A DNA stretch of 64,000 bases from Callorhinchus milii (Eukaryota). Positions within the stretch are counted from its first letter, which is position 1. Each line of letters starts with the position of its first letter. Shown here in pieces: positions 26,286 to 40,426 of the stretch. Under the pieces are notes generated by a model. It did not search any database. It worked only from the letters and a program-made list of their open reading frames with translations, and was not told the origin of the DNA. Location of the stretch: NCBI RefSeq assembly GCF_018977255.1, contig NW_024704742.1:85004001-85068000 (forward strand), in the 5' to 3' direction. The translations under genes were made by a program, and so were the position numbers.

Positions 26286-27772
26286 ATAGGAACATAGGAA
26301 TTAGGAGCAGGAGTAGGCCATTCGGCCCCTCGAGCCTGCCCTGCCATTCATGGTTGATCTTCTAACCTAATTCCATCTTGCCCGCCTTATCCCCATATCC
26401 CTTAATCCCTCTATCCTTTAGAAATCTTATCAATCTCAGTCTTGAATATGTTCAAGGACTGAGCATCTCCAGCCTTCTGGGGTAGAGAATTCCATAAATT
26501 CACTACCCTCTGAGTGAAGAAGTGTTTCCTCAACTCTGTTCGAAAGGGCTGTCCCTTAATCTTAAGACTGTGACCCCTGGTTCTAGATTCTCCTACCAGG
26601 GGAAACAGACCCTCAGTGTCTACTCTGTCAAGCCCCATAAGAATCTTATAGGTTTCTATAAGATCAGCCTAATTCTTCTATGTTCTAGAGAATATAGGCC
26701 TAGTTTACTCAACCTATCCTCATAGGTCAATACCCTCATCCCAGGAACTAACCTAATGAACCTACGCTGCACCCCCTCTAAGGCGAGTAAGTCCTTTCTT
26801 AAATAAAGAGACCAAAACTGCACACAATATTCTAGGTGCGGTCTCACCAAGGCCTTATACAACTGTAGCAAGACTTCCCTACTCTTGTATTCTAACCCTT
26901 TTGCAATAAACGCCAACATGCCATTAGCCTTCCTAGCTGCTTGCTGTACTTTCATACTAACTTTTTGTGACTGGTGTACAAGGATACCCAAATCCCCCTG
27001 AACACTAACACTCTCTAGTCTCTTCCCCTCTAGAAAATAATCTGCTTTTCTGTTTTTACAATCTCGGTGAATAACTTCACACTTCCCCACATTATATTCT
27101 ATCTGACACCTTCTTGCCCACTCACTTAGCCTATCTATATCCCTTTGCAATCTTTTGATGTCATCCTCAGAGTTTACTCTCCCACCTAGCTTAGTATCAT
27201 CTGCGAATTTAGATATTTTACGTCCTAGGTCCTCGTCTAGATCAATGATATAGATTGTAAATAGTTGAGGCCCGAGCACTGATCCTTGTGGCACTCCACT
27301 AGTCACATCCTACCAATCTGAGAAGGACGCGTTTATTCCTACTCTCTGTTTTCTTCCCATTAGCCACTCTTCGATCCATGCTAATATATTACCTTTAATT
27401 CCATGGGCCCTAATCTTGTGTAGTAGCCTTTTATGTGGCACCTTGTCGAATGCCTTCTGAAAATCCAAATACACCACATTTACTGGTTTCCCCCCTATCT
27501 AACCTGCTAGTTACATCCTTATAAAACTCTACAAGGTTTGTTAAGCATGACTTCCATTTTGTAAAGCCATGTTGACTCGGCCTAATCATGTTATGGTCTT
27601 CTAAGTACCCCACTACGACGTCCCTAATTAAGGATCCTAGAATTTTCCCTATCACCGATGTCAAACTGACTGGTCCATAGTTCCCCATCTTCTCTCTCCC
27701 ACCCTTCTTAAGTAGTGGTTTACGTTTGCAATCTTCCGATCAATGGGAACCGTTCCAGAATCCAGAGAATTT
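26286..27772 (-). mobile_element. 5'-truncated CR1 LINE
   Basis: [51 protein letters not shown]; (TTCCTATG)n-type tail at 26286. Confidence 0.95.
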
Positions 27773-28031
27773 GGATACCTCATGCTTTTAGTCTTAAATC
27801 CATTGTCTTAAAATTTTAGATTGCGCAGAATTTTGGCAAATTCTTGAAGTCAGTTTTAATTTGGGAGCAGTTTTCCACAGTTTGGTGTGCTTAAAATCTT
27901 GCAGTGTTGCTGGTCTGCTATCTTCTATGCACATAAACATTTTTTCATTATGCCCAGGATGTTGCTAATGGGTGACCTATAGGATTGGTCGAGATATGCT
28001 TGGTGAATTATTAAGGAATATTAATGGGATT

Positions 28032-29870
28032 ACAACAACAACAACAAGATTTTATTTATAGAGTGCCTTTCATGTCAGGAGGACGTCCCAAGGCGCTGGA
28101 CAGTTGGGTCGGGACCCGAGCAGGGGGGAAATGGTCAGGGTGAGAGGAGGGAAGGGAGGGGGCGAGGAGGGGGTAGAGAGTCGAGAGGGGAGCTGAAGGC
28201 ACGGTCAAAGAGAAAGGTCTTGAGACCGGCCTTGAAGGAGGAAAGGGAGGAGGCGGCGAAGGCACTGGGGGATGGAGTTCCAGAGCCTAGTGGCTGAGAG
28301 GCTGAAGGCCCGGCCGCCGATGGTAGGGCGGTTGGGGCGGGGGATGTGGAGCAGACCGGAGCCAGAGGAACGGAGGGTACGGACAGGTAGGTAGGGGGAT
28401 AGTAGGTCGGAGAGGGAGGAGGGAGCGAGGCCGTGAATGGCCTTGTAGGTGAGGATGAGGATCTTGAATTCGATCCTCTGGGGGATGGGGAGCCAGTGGA
28501 GGCGAGCGAGGGTGGGAGTGATGTGGTCCCGAAGCCTGGTGCGGGACAGTACACGAGCTGCAGAGTTCTGAATGACCTGCAGCTTGTGGAGGGAGGTGCC
28601 GGGAAGGCCGGCGAGGAGAGAGTTCCCATAGTCCAGCCTTGAGGTGATAAAGGCGTGGACCAGAGTTTCAGCAGCGTGAGGGGTGAGGTAGTGCCGTAGT
28701 CTGGCGATGTTTCGGATGTTGTGGCGCGGATATGAGGAAGAAACAACAGCTCAGGGTCGAACAGAACACCGAGGTTCCTGACCGGCTTTGAGAGGTGGAG
28801 AGTGCAGCCTTGGATGCTGATGCTGTCAGCGCCTGAGGTGCGGAGGCGCTGACGTGAGCCAATCAGGAGGGCCTCAGTTTTGCACACATTGAGCTGAAGA
28901 AAGTTGTCTCTCGTCCAGGACTCGATGTCGGACAGGCAGCTGTCAGGACATCGGTGGTCGTGGAGTTGAGGGTAGAGGAGGAAAGGTAGATTTGGGTGTC
29001 ATCCGCATACATGTGGAAGTTAACCCCATGTCTGCGGATGATGTCACCAAGGGGGAGCGTATAGAGGGTGAAGAGGAGGGGACCGAGGACAGAGCCCTGA
29101 GGGACACCACAGGAGACAGTGCGGGGGCTGGAGGAAAAGCCGTTTGTGGAAACAAAATGAAGACGGTGGGAGAGGTACGACCTAAACCACTCAAGGACAG
29201 GGCCTTGAAGGTTGAGATGGGAGGACAAGCGGTGGAGGATAGATCGAGGAGAACGAGGAGGCAGAGGGAGCCCTGATCGCAGATGGTCAAGATGTCATTG
29301 GCGACCTTGAGCAGGGCGGTTTCTGTGCTATGGGCAGCACGGAAACCCGACTGAAGGGGTTCGAATAATGCATGGGTGGAGAGGGAAGAGCGCAGCTGGG
29401 AGGCGACAACTCTTTCAAGGACCTTAATAATAATAATAATAATCCTTGCATTTGATATAGCGCTTTTCACGTCGGGAGGACGTCCCAAAGCGCTTCACAG
29501 AACACAGTGTAAAGTGAATTGACTGTATATTTGTGGGCGAACGTAGTGGCCAATTGCGCACAGCAATGTCCCAGGACCTTGGATAGGAAGGGGAGGTTGG
29601 AGATGGGCCGGTAGGTTGATAGCTGCGACGCATCAAGGGAGGGTTTTTTTCAAAGTGGGAGTGATGGTGGCAGTTTTTAATGGAATGGGAACAGAGCCAG
29701 AGGAGAGGGACAGGTTGATGATGTCTGTGATATGTGGGGCAAGGAGGTGGAGCTGAGAGATAAGGAGTGGAGTGGGGATGGGGTCAAGGGAGCAGGTGGT
29801 GGGTTTCAGGGACAGGATGAGTTTGGTGACAGAGGGTGGGGAAACGGATTCGAAGGTGTGTAGGTTAAAC
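28032..29870 (-). mobile_element. 5'-truncated L2 LINE (second subfamily), interrupted by a SINE
   Basis: [35 protein letters not shown]; (TTG)n tail at 28032. Confidence 0.95.
29426..29572 (-). mobile_element. 5'-truncated SINE inserted in L2 ORF2; TSD AGGACCTT (29418-29425 / 29573-29580)
   Basis: L2 sequence resumes after the duplication. Confidence 0.93.
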
Positions 29871-30450
29871 AGTAGAGCTCCAGTTAACCTCATAAAATGT
29901 CCCTTCGTGTGCTGAATGAGCAATGCCTGTTTGTGATTGGAAGTCGGTAGAGTCTGGATTCTGCAGTTGGCCAAATACGATTCTTCATTCAAATCTCATG
30001 CCTGAGAGCAGCGCAGGTACTAGTGAGGAAAAAATGCGGCATAAGATGTGTGGAGTGAGGCATGTGGGATGATGTGGCTGCCCATGGTTTGATACTGTGG
30101 GGATTCAGCAGGAGATCTACCGGTTCATTCAACTCTACCGCCTTGAATAAGCCCAGGAGGAACCGTAACAAACTTATCTCCACACTGCCAGCTCTGCACC
30201 ACTTTCAACTTTAGTATCAATTGTTAACCAAGGATGTGAAGTTGGTCCCACGGCCATTAATTTAGTTTAATTTAATTTAGTTAGGGTCTCTCAGCATTAT
30301 AGCCGCTGCTTTTGATGCAGCACGTTTCACATCCGGAGAACATCTCAAAATGCTTAACAGTGTTTATTTTCGTGGAGTGATTGTGTATTTTGTAGGCAGC
30401 TAATTTGCACACAGCAATGTTCCACAAATGGTCATGAAGTGAGTGACTCA

Positions 30451-30453
<3 letters not shown>

Positions 30454-30498
<45 letters not shown>
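30454..30498. repeat. (ATT)n microsatellite inside an old SINE
   Basis: seen directly. Confidence 0.95.
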
Positions 30499-32989
30499 GT
30501 GGGGGATAGTTGACCAGGATACTGGAAGAAATTCCATTCCCTTTTCAAATAATGCCATGGGAATTTTAATGTCCACCTGACTAGACAAATGGGATCTCGG
30601 TATAACATGTCATCTGAAGGACAGCACCTCCTACAATTCAGCACTCCCCAGCACTGCGTTGGTGTGTCAGCGAGACTATGTAGGTTCAAAGTCCTGACTT
30701 GGGTCTTGATCCTACAACCTTCTGAATCAAGAGGTGAGAGTACTACCAACTGAGTAAGGCTGAGTCTAATCATAAATTGTGCATTAGGATCACTGGCAGA
30801 CTCAGACACAATAAAATAAAGCCAAATTGAAGTTTATTGGACCTACACAGACTAAAATAACCATAGGTACTCAGTCTAGGTTAACCCTCTAGTGCACTGT
30901 TGAGGGAGCGCTGCATTATTGGAAATAGCTTTGGATGAAATGTTGAACTGAGGTAGAAAACAGTGACCTAACTAAGTGAGTAGCTTAGAGCAGTCATACC
31001 AATACCCTGGTCAGCTTGAATCATCAGTTCAGGACAATAAAACATAATGAATATCTATGGCAGCTGCCGTGGCATTACCGTGAAGGAAATGCATTCCAGC
31101 CGTTATATAAGGGGAATGACTAACTTCCTCTGATTGCTCCTGACAAACAAGGAAACATAAAGAGATGTGTTGTGCAACCCACTTTACTGCTCAGTGATGA
31201 CTTTTCCCAGGAGACTGTCGCCAAAACAGTTGTCGAGATTGGAAAATGTTTGCTTGCTTGATTACCCTCTGCAAGATTGTCATTCATTTCATCGGGAATT
31301 GCCTGCCTGACGGGAAGCTTTTTCTCATCATTGTTTCCTGAAACGAATTGAATTTCAAAGCCATTTTAAGGCACAAAATTCCATCTCTGGCCTTATCATT
31401 CTCCTGTCCAAACAAGAGGGAAACACCCTCATAATTAAGCTTGTCATACGAGTTGTCAGTGAGATTCACTCCACCCACAGCTGCGCAGACCATCTGCGGA
31501 GAGAATGACTTAATTATTAACTCTGTAATCTTTTTGTTTGGTCGTTAATTCGTTATAATATAATCCTCGCATGTAATATAACGCCTATAATGTCAAAATA
31601 CCACTAAGCTTTTTCACAGATAATTCCTGTGAACTGTAGCAACTGTTTTTGTCAGTGAATATGGCAGCCAGTTTCTGCACAGCAAGATCCCAGAACAGGC
31701 AGCTTCATCTCATTCGAACGCTAGCACCTCCAATATTACAGCGCTCCCCAGCACTGCACTGAAGGGTCAGCCTAGACTAATTGCATAATAAACAGCATCT
31801 GTATTCCTGCTGTTCGCATGGTGCCTTTACACCACTCACACAATAGAAACGTTTGGAGTACAAAGTGGTTGATTCCCGCAATAAGGCGACCCTCCGGACC
31901 AATTTGTGTGCATATTGTCGGGACCGTGCCCCCAAGTAATAGTTCTTGTGCGTTCTCTCCATGTTTAGGATGCTGAAAGGGCCTTACCGCTGGCATTGTC
32001 GGCTACTTTGCGTCCTCTCTCCCCAGGGGGCTGAGTCCCAGGCTAGAGCCTGTATGGGTAGTCTGACATTAACATACCGCTAGTCTCACCTCCACAATTG
32101 GGAAGAGCCGCATGTGCAGAGAAAACGTCACAGGCGTGACTCTGGAAGAGCTGGTTAGTGCATGGGTTTGAAGGTACACTTCCTGGGTTGGGTCAGATTC
32201 ACTTGGTGGTGTGAATCCTAGAATTGTACAACATCTAATAATAATAATAATATGTGTTTCCATGGGTGAGCTGAGAGCCTGTGTGTAAAGACTGCATGTT
32301 GCCAGATCATCACCTGGGAGTAATATCTCTTGTCAGTCGAATCTATGCTGAAGAGCCATACCATTAACAAACATTAAAAATAAGCTCCTTTGTTAGTTTC
32401 TCTCCAAAACCCTTGTACAGTGAAGCCTTATAGAAGTTTAAAACGCTTTGTGAACGATGCCCTGTGAGTACAAGTTGTTGAAATAGACATGACATTAGAC
32501 TGAATGCATGTTGTGGATGGTGATGGGAGGGTGAGGAATGGGCTATTTCCCAAAGGAAACGTGAAATGGCAAGTGTTGTGTTGCGCTGTCAGTGTTCTCT
32601 ATTGTGTACTAGGAGCAGGGTGCAGCACAGCAGTGAGATTCACTCCACCCACAGCACACACGGGGGAATATTAGGTGGTTGCTGTGGCTACAGTGCTATT
32701 AATACCAGCTTCAGGGGACGGTGAGAAGGAATTGTTTGCATATACGTTTTACTGCCATGCAAAATCTTACTTGGAATCTTTTAATTTGCCTCTGTATTGA
32801 ATTTGACGGAATAGAATTACGTTTGGGGAAAAAAAAGCAAATATGAGCGTGGAGGGATTTCACCATGACAAATGAGCGTCCGACACAACCAGAGGCTTTG
32901 TCTGAATGGGCTGTGCTGTGGGAGGACAGGGTGTGGACAGTGCCCTCAATATTGTCTTTCTCTCCTGCCCCTCACCTAAGAAAAAAACA

Positions 32990-33800
32990 GTTTGGGCTTA
33001 TATAGTGCCCTCCACACAGGGCAATGTCTCAGAGCACTTAACAGTGGGGGAGCATGACTTCGAGCTGGGGGGAGGTGACCGTATGCACGGTTGAAAAGCA
33101 AGGTTTTCAGGTGGGACTGGAAAAAGGGGAGAGTGGGGGCAAGGCAGAGGGATTGAGGGAGAGTGTTCCGCAGTTTTGTGACGGCTGAAAGTGCAACCTC
33201 CAACAGTGGAGCAGAGTGTGCGAGTGACAAGCAGGAGGCCGGTGCCAGTCGAGTGGAGATGCCGGGTGGTGGATTGGGGAGTGAGGAGGTCGGAGAGTTA
33301 GGGAGGTGCCAGGGAGTGAATAGATTTGAACACGAGAGCGAGGACCTTGAAGTCGATCCGTTCAGTGAGTTTAGTCCGGGTCAGTATGCGGGCAGCAGAG
33401 TTCTGAATGAGCTGGATGTTTTGAATACTGGAGCTGGGGATATCAGCAAGGAGTACATTTGAGTTATCCAGGCAGGAGGTGACAAATGCAAGCATGAGGG
33501 TTTCGGCTGCATTTGGGGTAAGGTACGATTGGAGGCAAGCAATGTGGCGAAGGCGGAAGAAGGCGGTCCTGGTCAGGGACGAGATGTGGGGAAGGAAGGA
33601 TAGTTGGGGGTCGAACAGGATGCCTAGTTTGCACACTGGTTCAGTGAGTTTGAGGGAGAGCTCAGAGAGGATGAGGATTTTAGATTCGTAGGAGTGAAGA
33701 TGTTGACAGCAGCCAAAGTAGATTTGTGTGTCATCCGCATACATGTGGAAGTTTACCCCGTATCTGCGGATGACCTCGCCAAGAGGGAGTATATAGATGA
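32990..33800 (-). mobile_element. older degenerate L2 fragment
   Basis: [28 protein letters not shown] in the ORF track. Confidence 0.85.
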
Positions 33801-36800
33801 GGACGGTGAGTTAGGAAGTTTATAGTAACCGTTGGTTCAGAGCAGCATAAGCTGATAATAAGGAAGTTTGTCCTTATTTAACCTTTTCTACTCTTTCTCT
33901 TTTCTGCTCCTCCCCCTGGCACCAATACCCTTTCACCACACATGGCACAGGAGGAAAATATCTTGGGAGGGGTTTTAAACTTTATATGAAAAATACGGTT
34001 TGCTGTGTAGCAGGGCTTCCCAATTCAGAGATTCCCAATTTTTCTACAAAATACACAGCCACTACACTAAACAGCATATTCTGTAAAGCACTATCAGACA
34101 TCCTCCTGATATGAAAGGCGTTGTGTTAAATGGAAGGATTATAAGACCCCAGACTTTATTCTTTGATCTTACCAATGTTAAAATGGGACTGTTTAATACA
34201 AGTTGCTGTTGTGGCCCTGCCAGTTGGGAACCTCTGCTGTAGGTAGACTTTAGCTCTGTTTTTAATATTCAGATTGATCTAGTTGCAATTTAAATTAAGA
34301 GAATTAAGTTTTAAATATTGCATTAAATTTAATTGAGTATGTTATTAGTAATTTAAATTAGTCTTTTCATCTGTACCAAGACATTAAAATGCAACAATAC
34401 CAACTTTGTTTAATTAAATTAGACTCTTATACAATTCAGTGCATATTTGTTCCTCTGCTTAATTTATTCTTTTCCACCAACAATTTTTGAAATCAGTCTC
34501 TGATCTTATTGTTTCACTATACTCTCTCCTTTTTAGGGGCCTTTCAGTTTTCATTTGGTCCAGATTCCTTTCAGTTGTTTGCTCCTGTTTTGCTCAATTT
34601 ATCACTATATTTTCCTTTCAGCCAAGGCCTCGATGAGCCAAAATTTCTTACAAATGAATCAGTCCATCATATAGACAGAAGCCATATATTCCTTCTGTCT
34701 CCTTACATCTGGCTTTAACCTCCCCAACATCTGTTTCAAACTCACTGAACCAGTGTGGAACCTTCAATCGTTAGCTCTCCTTTCTCTTTCACATCCAGCC
34801 TCTGATCATGACTGCTTTTCTTCATCTCAGTCACATTGCCACTCCACCCCCTTGCCTCATACCAAATCCCATCAAAATCCTTATTCATGCCTGTGCTACC
34901 TCCTGCTTGGATTTTTTTTTAAGATGCACTGCTCACCAGTCTCCCCAGTTCCATCGTCCATGATCTCCAATTTATTCAAAACTCTGCCGCCTTCAACCGG
35001 ATAAACTACAGCTCTACACGCCCATTACCCCAGTCCTCGACACTCCACTATCTCCCAACAGATCTAATTTGGGTGCCTTGCCATAAATTCTTCACACCGA
35101 TGCTCCTCCAATCTCTGATATTCTATCCCCCTCAGCTCTGCTAACTTGGTCTTACTGCATGTCCCCTTCTACACCACCACAGGTGCCGTGCCTTCAGATA
35201 CTACACCCTAACCTGTGGAACTCTTTCACCTCCTCCCTACCTCTTTCCCCGTATCCATCCATCCTTCTTTATGTCCTGCCTTAAACTTTACCTTTTCGAC
35301 TGCAAATAAAAACTTATGTGGTTTGTAGCAAAGCTGGCTACTGAAAATCAGGTCTGATGCATAAGGATTAGGTGCTGTGCGTCGCTTTGGCACATGCGTG
35401 TGGACATGAGCACAAGTATGTGGCTGCGAGCGAGCATGTGTGACAAATAATATTAGATAAAACAGGAAAGGTAACTTTCACTGCGCTTGTGCTGGACACC
35501 TACAGTGTGCTGATGGAAACCTTGGAGTTGGTTACCTCTATCCCCTCCACCCACTGGTTGGTACATGTTGGGGGTGCGGGGAACATTGAGGGAAGAATTA
35601 AGTAGGTATATAGCCTCAGCAATGTAGTGTGTGGTTTAAAATGTGCGAAAAGCAGCGATCATTCACTGTTGACAAGTTAATGGTTTTGGAAGTGCGTCAT
35701 TCTGGTGTGTTTGACAATTGTGGTCCAAGCGCTGCTTCCGAGCAGCTGTGTAACGTTTCCCTGGCAACGTGTGCTAGAGTAGCCAACATGAGCAGCTCAT
35801 CAATATAACCTGGTGACAGATGAGCCAGAGCAGCGCAAACAGCCCAGGAGGACCTGTTGCTGGCTGAACACTTTATTATACTGATCACATTTAATAATGG
35901 GATTCAATGTTTTTCTTTCAAATTTCTGGTGCACACCTACTGTGATGTGTGGGGGTGAGGTGAGTTTGTGTGTGTAGTGTGGTGGGTGTGTGTGTTGGTG
36001 TGGGTGTTGGTGTGGGTGTTGGTTAAAGGGCGTGCTCTGCATCTATGTATTAAAAAAAGCCTCTTAAATTTACAATTGAACATAAAAGAAATGCCTCCCA
36101 GAGTAGGTGTGTAGGTGATACGTAACATGCTGGAGAGAAGTGCTGTGTAACATCGAACATGGAAGCTTCACCCAAAACATGGCCTCTTTTCCTTCCCCAC
36201 ACACCCACGGCCTGCCAGTGTTTTTTTTTGGGCCACCATCGGGTCCTTGAGCCTCACAGAATATCTGAATGTGCTCCTGTGCTTTTTCTGCAGATGTTTA
36301 GCATTTTGTTGGCTTCACTGAGAATGTTCTAAATACAGCTGCAAAGAGCTTAGGTGTATGCTTCACCCCTTCCCCCAAACTCTCATCGCAAACCTATGAA
36401 GACGTTTTACTTAGAACACAGAACTTTTTGTAACACCAGCGACTGAACCCATTTACAGTCCCTTTATGCAGCAATCCTGTCTCCTCTGTTGGCTGTTTCA
36501 GATGTCAGAGCCTAGTTTCCAATACTGCTGCCACCCCAGAATAGCCAGCCCGTACCAAGAAGCTCACCTCTATTCCCCTCCTTCAGGTTATCATATTCTA
36601 ATAGTAATAATGTCTTTGACTGCCATGTGAATACAGTATGGGTATTTACTTGGCTGCCATTAAGTGTAACACTATATTTGGCAGGTGAGAAGTTTTCTTT
36701 GTGCGAGTACTGTGTCTACCTAGGTTTTCGTTGGGCATTTTTCACGTGAATGCACTTTCCTACAGAAATTGCTGGTAACAATTAGGATCAGGCACCCTGG

Positions 36801-37114
36801 CTGATTGCTGCCTCCTACCTCACTCCCTGGCCAAGGATTGTGAAGGCCAACTTTCGTGTCTTACTGCTGCCCTAACTGAGGCCATGTAACAAGCTCAGAA
36901 TTGAACCTGGTCTGCATGGCTCAGTGCCGTCCATCATTTTATTTTTTGCTCGCTTTACAATTCTCAAGTGCTCTGGCCGCTCGCTTGCCCGCCATCCCCT
37001 TTGTGAAGAGGTACAATTTTGTTGTGGATGAGACTGCAACTTGGAGGATATTTCCAAGCCTGCTATTTAAGGCCCTGCTCCCTCTGGTGGTGCAGTGAGA
37101 GAAGCTTTGACAAT

Positions 37115-37316
37115 AAACAAAAGGCGAAGTACTGCAGATGCTGAAAATCTGGTTTAAACACAGAAGTTGCTGGGAACACACAGTAGGTCAGGCAGCATGA
37201 AGTTAAAAGGCATTGAGTTCTGACAAAAGGTCATTGGTCTGAAACATTAACTCATTTTCCTCTCTCCATGGACGTTGCCTGACCTGCTGAGTGTTCCCAG
37301 CGACTTCTGTGTTTAT
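37115..37316 (+). mobile_element. Penelope-like element terminal remnant arranged as an inverted repeat
   Basis: 42-bp inverted arms 37155-37196 / 37274-37315 enclosing a degenerate hammerhead motif; family assignment from recalled similarity. Confidence 0.6.
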
Positions 37317-37509
37317 GCCAAACTTTAACAATGGAGGATTAAGCTGTTTCTGAAGCCTGACTGCATAAAGACTGATTTAGGGAAAATGTGTAATCTGGGG
37401 AGTTAGCAAAGCCCATCGAGTAATATGGAGATGGAAGGCCATTTAAAAGCAAGTCGACCTCTGATGAACATAGGGGTGCAGTCTAAGAAGGTCCGTGGCT
37501 TGTGTTTGT

Positions 37510-38555
37510 GTGGAGTGTGTGTGTGATGCACAACAGTGTTGTGTTTGTGTTGTGTGTGTGATGCACTATGTGCTGTGTAATGCACTACAGTGCTGTGTGT
37601 GTGATGCACTACAGTGCTGTGTGTGTGTGATGCACTACAGTGCTGTGTGTGTGTGATGCACTACAGTGCTGTGTGTGTGTGATGCACTACAGTGCTGTGT
37701 GTGTGTGATGCACTACAGTGCTGTGTGTGTGTGATGCACTACAGTGCTGTGTGTGTGTGAGATGCACTACAGTGTGTGTGTGTGTGAGATGCACTACAGT
37801 GCTGTATGTGTGTGTGTGATGCACTGCAGAGCTGTGTGTGTGATGCACTACAGTGCTGTGTGTGTGTGTGTGTGATGCACTACAGTGCTGTGTGTGTGTG
37901 ATGCACTACAGTGCTGTGTGTGTGTGTGATGCACTACAGTGCTGTGTGTGTGTGTGATGCACCACAGTGCTGTGTGTGTGTGATGCACCACAGTGCTGTG
38001 TGTGTGATGCACTACAGTGCTGTGTGTGTGTGATGCACTACAGTGCTGTGTGTGTGTGTGTGTGATGCACTACAGTGCTGTGTGTGATGCACTACAGTGC
38101 TGTATAATAATAATAATCCTTGCATTTGATATAGCGCTTTTCACGTTGGGAGGACGTCCCAAAGCGCTTCACAGAACACACTGTAAAGTGAATTGACTGT
38201 ATATTTGTGGGCGAACGCGGCAGCCAATTGCGCACAGCAATGTCCCACAAACAGCCGTAGATTGAAAATAACCAATTTATTATTGTTTTGGGTTTTGGAG
38301 GGATTATTATTAGGCTCTGTGTGGAGTAAGGAAACTTGCCCAAGGTTTCGCCCTGCCTGGAATTGAACTCAGGTCTCTCGCTTGCAAAGCGAGTGCTCTA
38401 ACCACTGAGCTACAGGACTCCACATATATGTGTATATGTGATGCACTACAGTGCTGCGTGTGTATTTGTGATGTACTACAGTGCTGTGTGTGTGTGAGAT
38501 GCACTACAGTGCTGTGTGTGTGTGTGTATGCGTGTGTGATGCATTACAGTGCAGT
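37510..38555. repeat. intronic minisatellite GATGCACTACAGTGCT(GT)n, interrupted by a SINE
   Basis: tandem units read directly. Confidence 0.95.
38104..38421 (-). mobile_element. full-length tRNA-derived SINE (short form) within the minisatellite
   Basis: complete head, body and tail. Confidence 0.95.
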
Positions 38556-40322
38556 GCTTCCACCTTGTGATGGAATGAGAACTTCTTGATATTGTGCAAA
38601 GTTGAAAGTTTCAGTTGAATAAAACCACACAGAAATCGCAGAAGGCTTAACTGTTTGAAAATGTTAAATTAAATCTTAACCTTCTGGTCAACTATCGACT
38701 AAGTAGCCCAGCCCAAGGTGGTATGATTAAATTTTGTTTGCCTTATACAGAATGAGCGTTATTCTCAAAGGCAGTTTTATAACATGCTCAGCCACAGCTC
38801 CTGTTCCTGTGTGAGTGTCAGGCAGGCTTTCTTTTCCTCTCCACGTTTCTGTGAGAAATTGAAGTAATTTGGATCAGTTATATAATGAACTTGTCATGTG
38901 GGGTGACTGTTCTCAAACCAAAGGGTTTCTGACCTGTTGCTTTGAAGGGTTTGGACTGTGTGAAAGTTTGAGGGGCAAGTTTGCATTGAGATATTACTGC
39001 TTGACACAGGGAAACATATCTAAGTGTATTTCAAATGTACTAGTGCTGCAAGACGCCACTGAAGCACAACTGATCAATATATTGTTAAGATGTAAAATAT
39101 TTATGAATATCCAGAGTCTACTGTACACAGCAAGAAATACAATATTTCTGGAGTGGTCGATAGTTTATGTTCACATACGTTGTGGGATAATTCAGTGGCA
39201 TTCTCGTAAAATCTGATTACAGCCCTAACCCTTTTGCTGTTGTGTTTGCATGCAAAAAGGGCCACTACGCTTGAGTGTAGTTACTCTAAAACTCCTGTGA
39301 TGAGGCACTACAAAAATTAGTTGTTTTCTTTCTTTTGCTGAGGCCCTCTTATCAGTGATTCTCCAGTGCTACAGTCCATGGTCAGTCCCAGTATTGACCA
39401 TGGCTCAGTGTGGTGTGTGCTCCCACATTGGGGAAGGAAATCTATCCTCTACACTAACCAAAAGTGGGTTACACGGTGACAACAACAACTTGCATTTATA
39501 TAGTGTAGCATCCCAGAGTGCTTAACAGTGGCGGAGCACGATCATGGGGAAGGTGACCGTAAGCATGGTGAAAGGGAAAGCTTGGTAGAACTGGTGTGAT
39601 GGGGGTACGCAGTTTAGAGCAGGTGAGTATGCGGCCGGTAGATGTTGGATTAGTTTGCTTTTGTGGATAGTGGAGCTGGGGAGACCGACGAGGAGGACAT
39701 TTGATGTCCCAGAGACATCAGTATAGGCCTGGGGCCAGGCTTCCCATCACACACTCAAGCCTGGAAATGGTTCATAGCTTGAGAAAAAAAGAATAGGCAA
39801 ATAGACAGCAGATTTATAAGATGTGTTTGACCAACTGTCTTCACATCCTTGCAAATGCGCAGGACTATTCTGCTGGATAGAAATCACATTAATGCACAGC
39901 CTCAAATTAAAAGCTTTTACAGCACCAGTGTGTGAGGAGATTCTATTAAACCGAATGACATCCACTCCTGTCTTCATGTACAGTCCATGCACGCACTTTC
40001 CAGCTGGAAACCTGTCTGATTCTCCCCTCCCTAACCTGAGGATAGTAAAGCTAACATCAGCCCAGGATTGAACTGGGGACCATCCGTAGTTTGACTCACT
40101 CCCATACCAGCACGTATCCACTTTGCAGCCATGTATTGTAAGGTCTTCAGGGAATGATTGACTCCCTGCGCTTCAGGGATTACAGACAGCCCTAACCCTA
40201 AGTGTTTTGATTGTGCAAATTTACACTTTGCCTTTTTTTAAAATCTATAAGTGGAGCATGTTTAAATTAGATTTGTTCTCTTATATTGTACCTCACTTTG
40301 TTTCTTGCTCTGCCCTCATTAG

Positions 40323-40426
40323 GTCGAAATTGTGTATTCCATACCTGAAAAAAAGCAAAAATGGACACATTCTGAACCTCAGTCCTCCACTCAACATGAA
40401 TCCAATCTGGTTCAAGAACCACTGTG
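40323..40426 (+). CDS. HSDL2: HSDL2 coding exon 5 (SKLCIPYLKKSKNGHILNLSPPLNMNPIWFKNHC)
   Basis: ctcattag| ... |gtgagc; 104 nt. Confidence 0.96.

Noticed and set aside
38348..38420. tRNA-Ala(TGC) gene (also at 23317, 18010-18084, 42945)
   Set aside because: Each head continues into SINE body and L2-like tail with no Pol III T-run terminator; these are SINE heads
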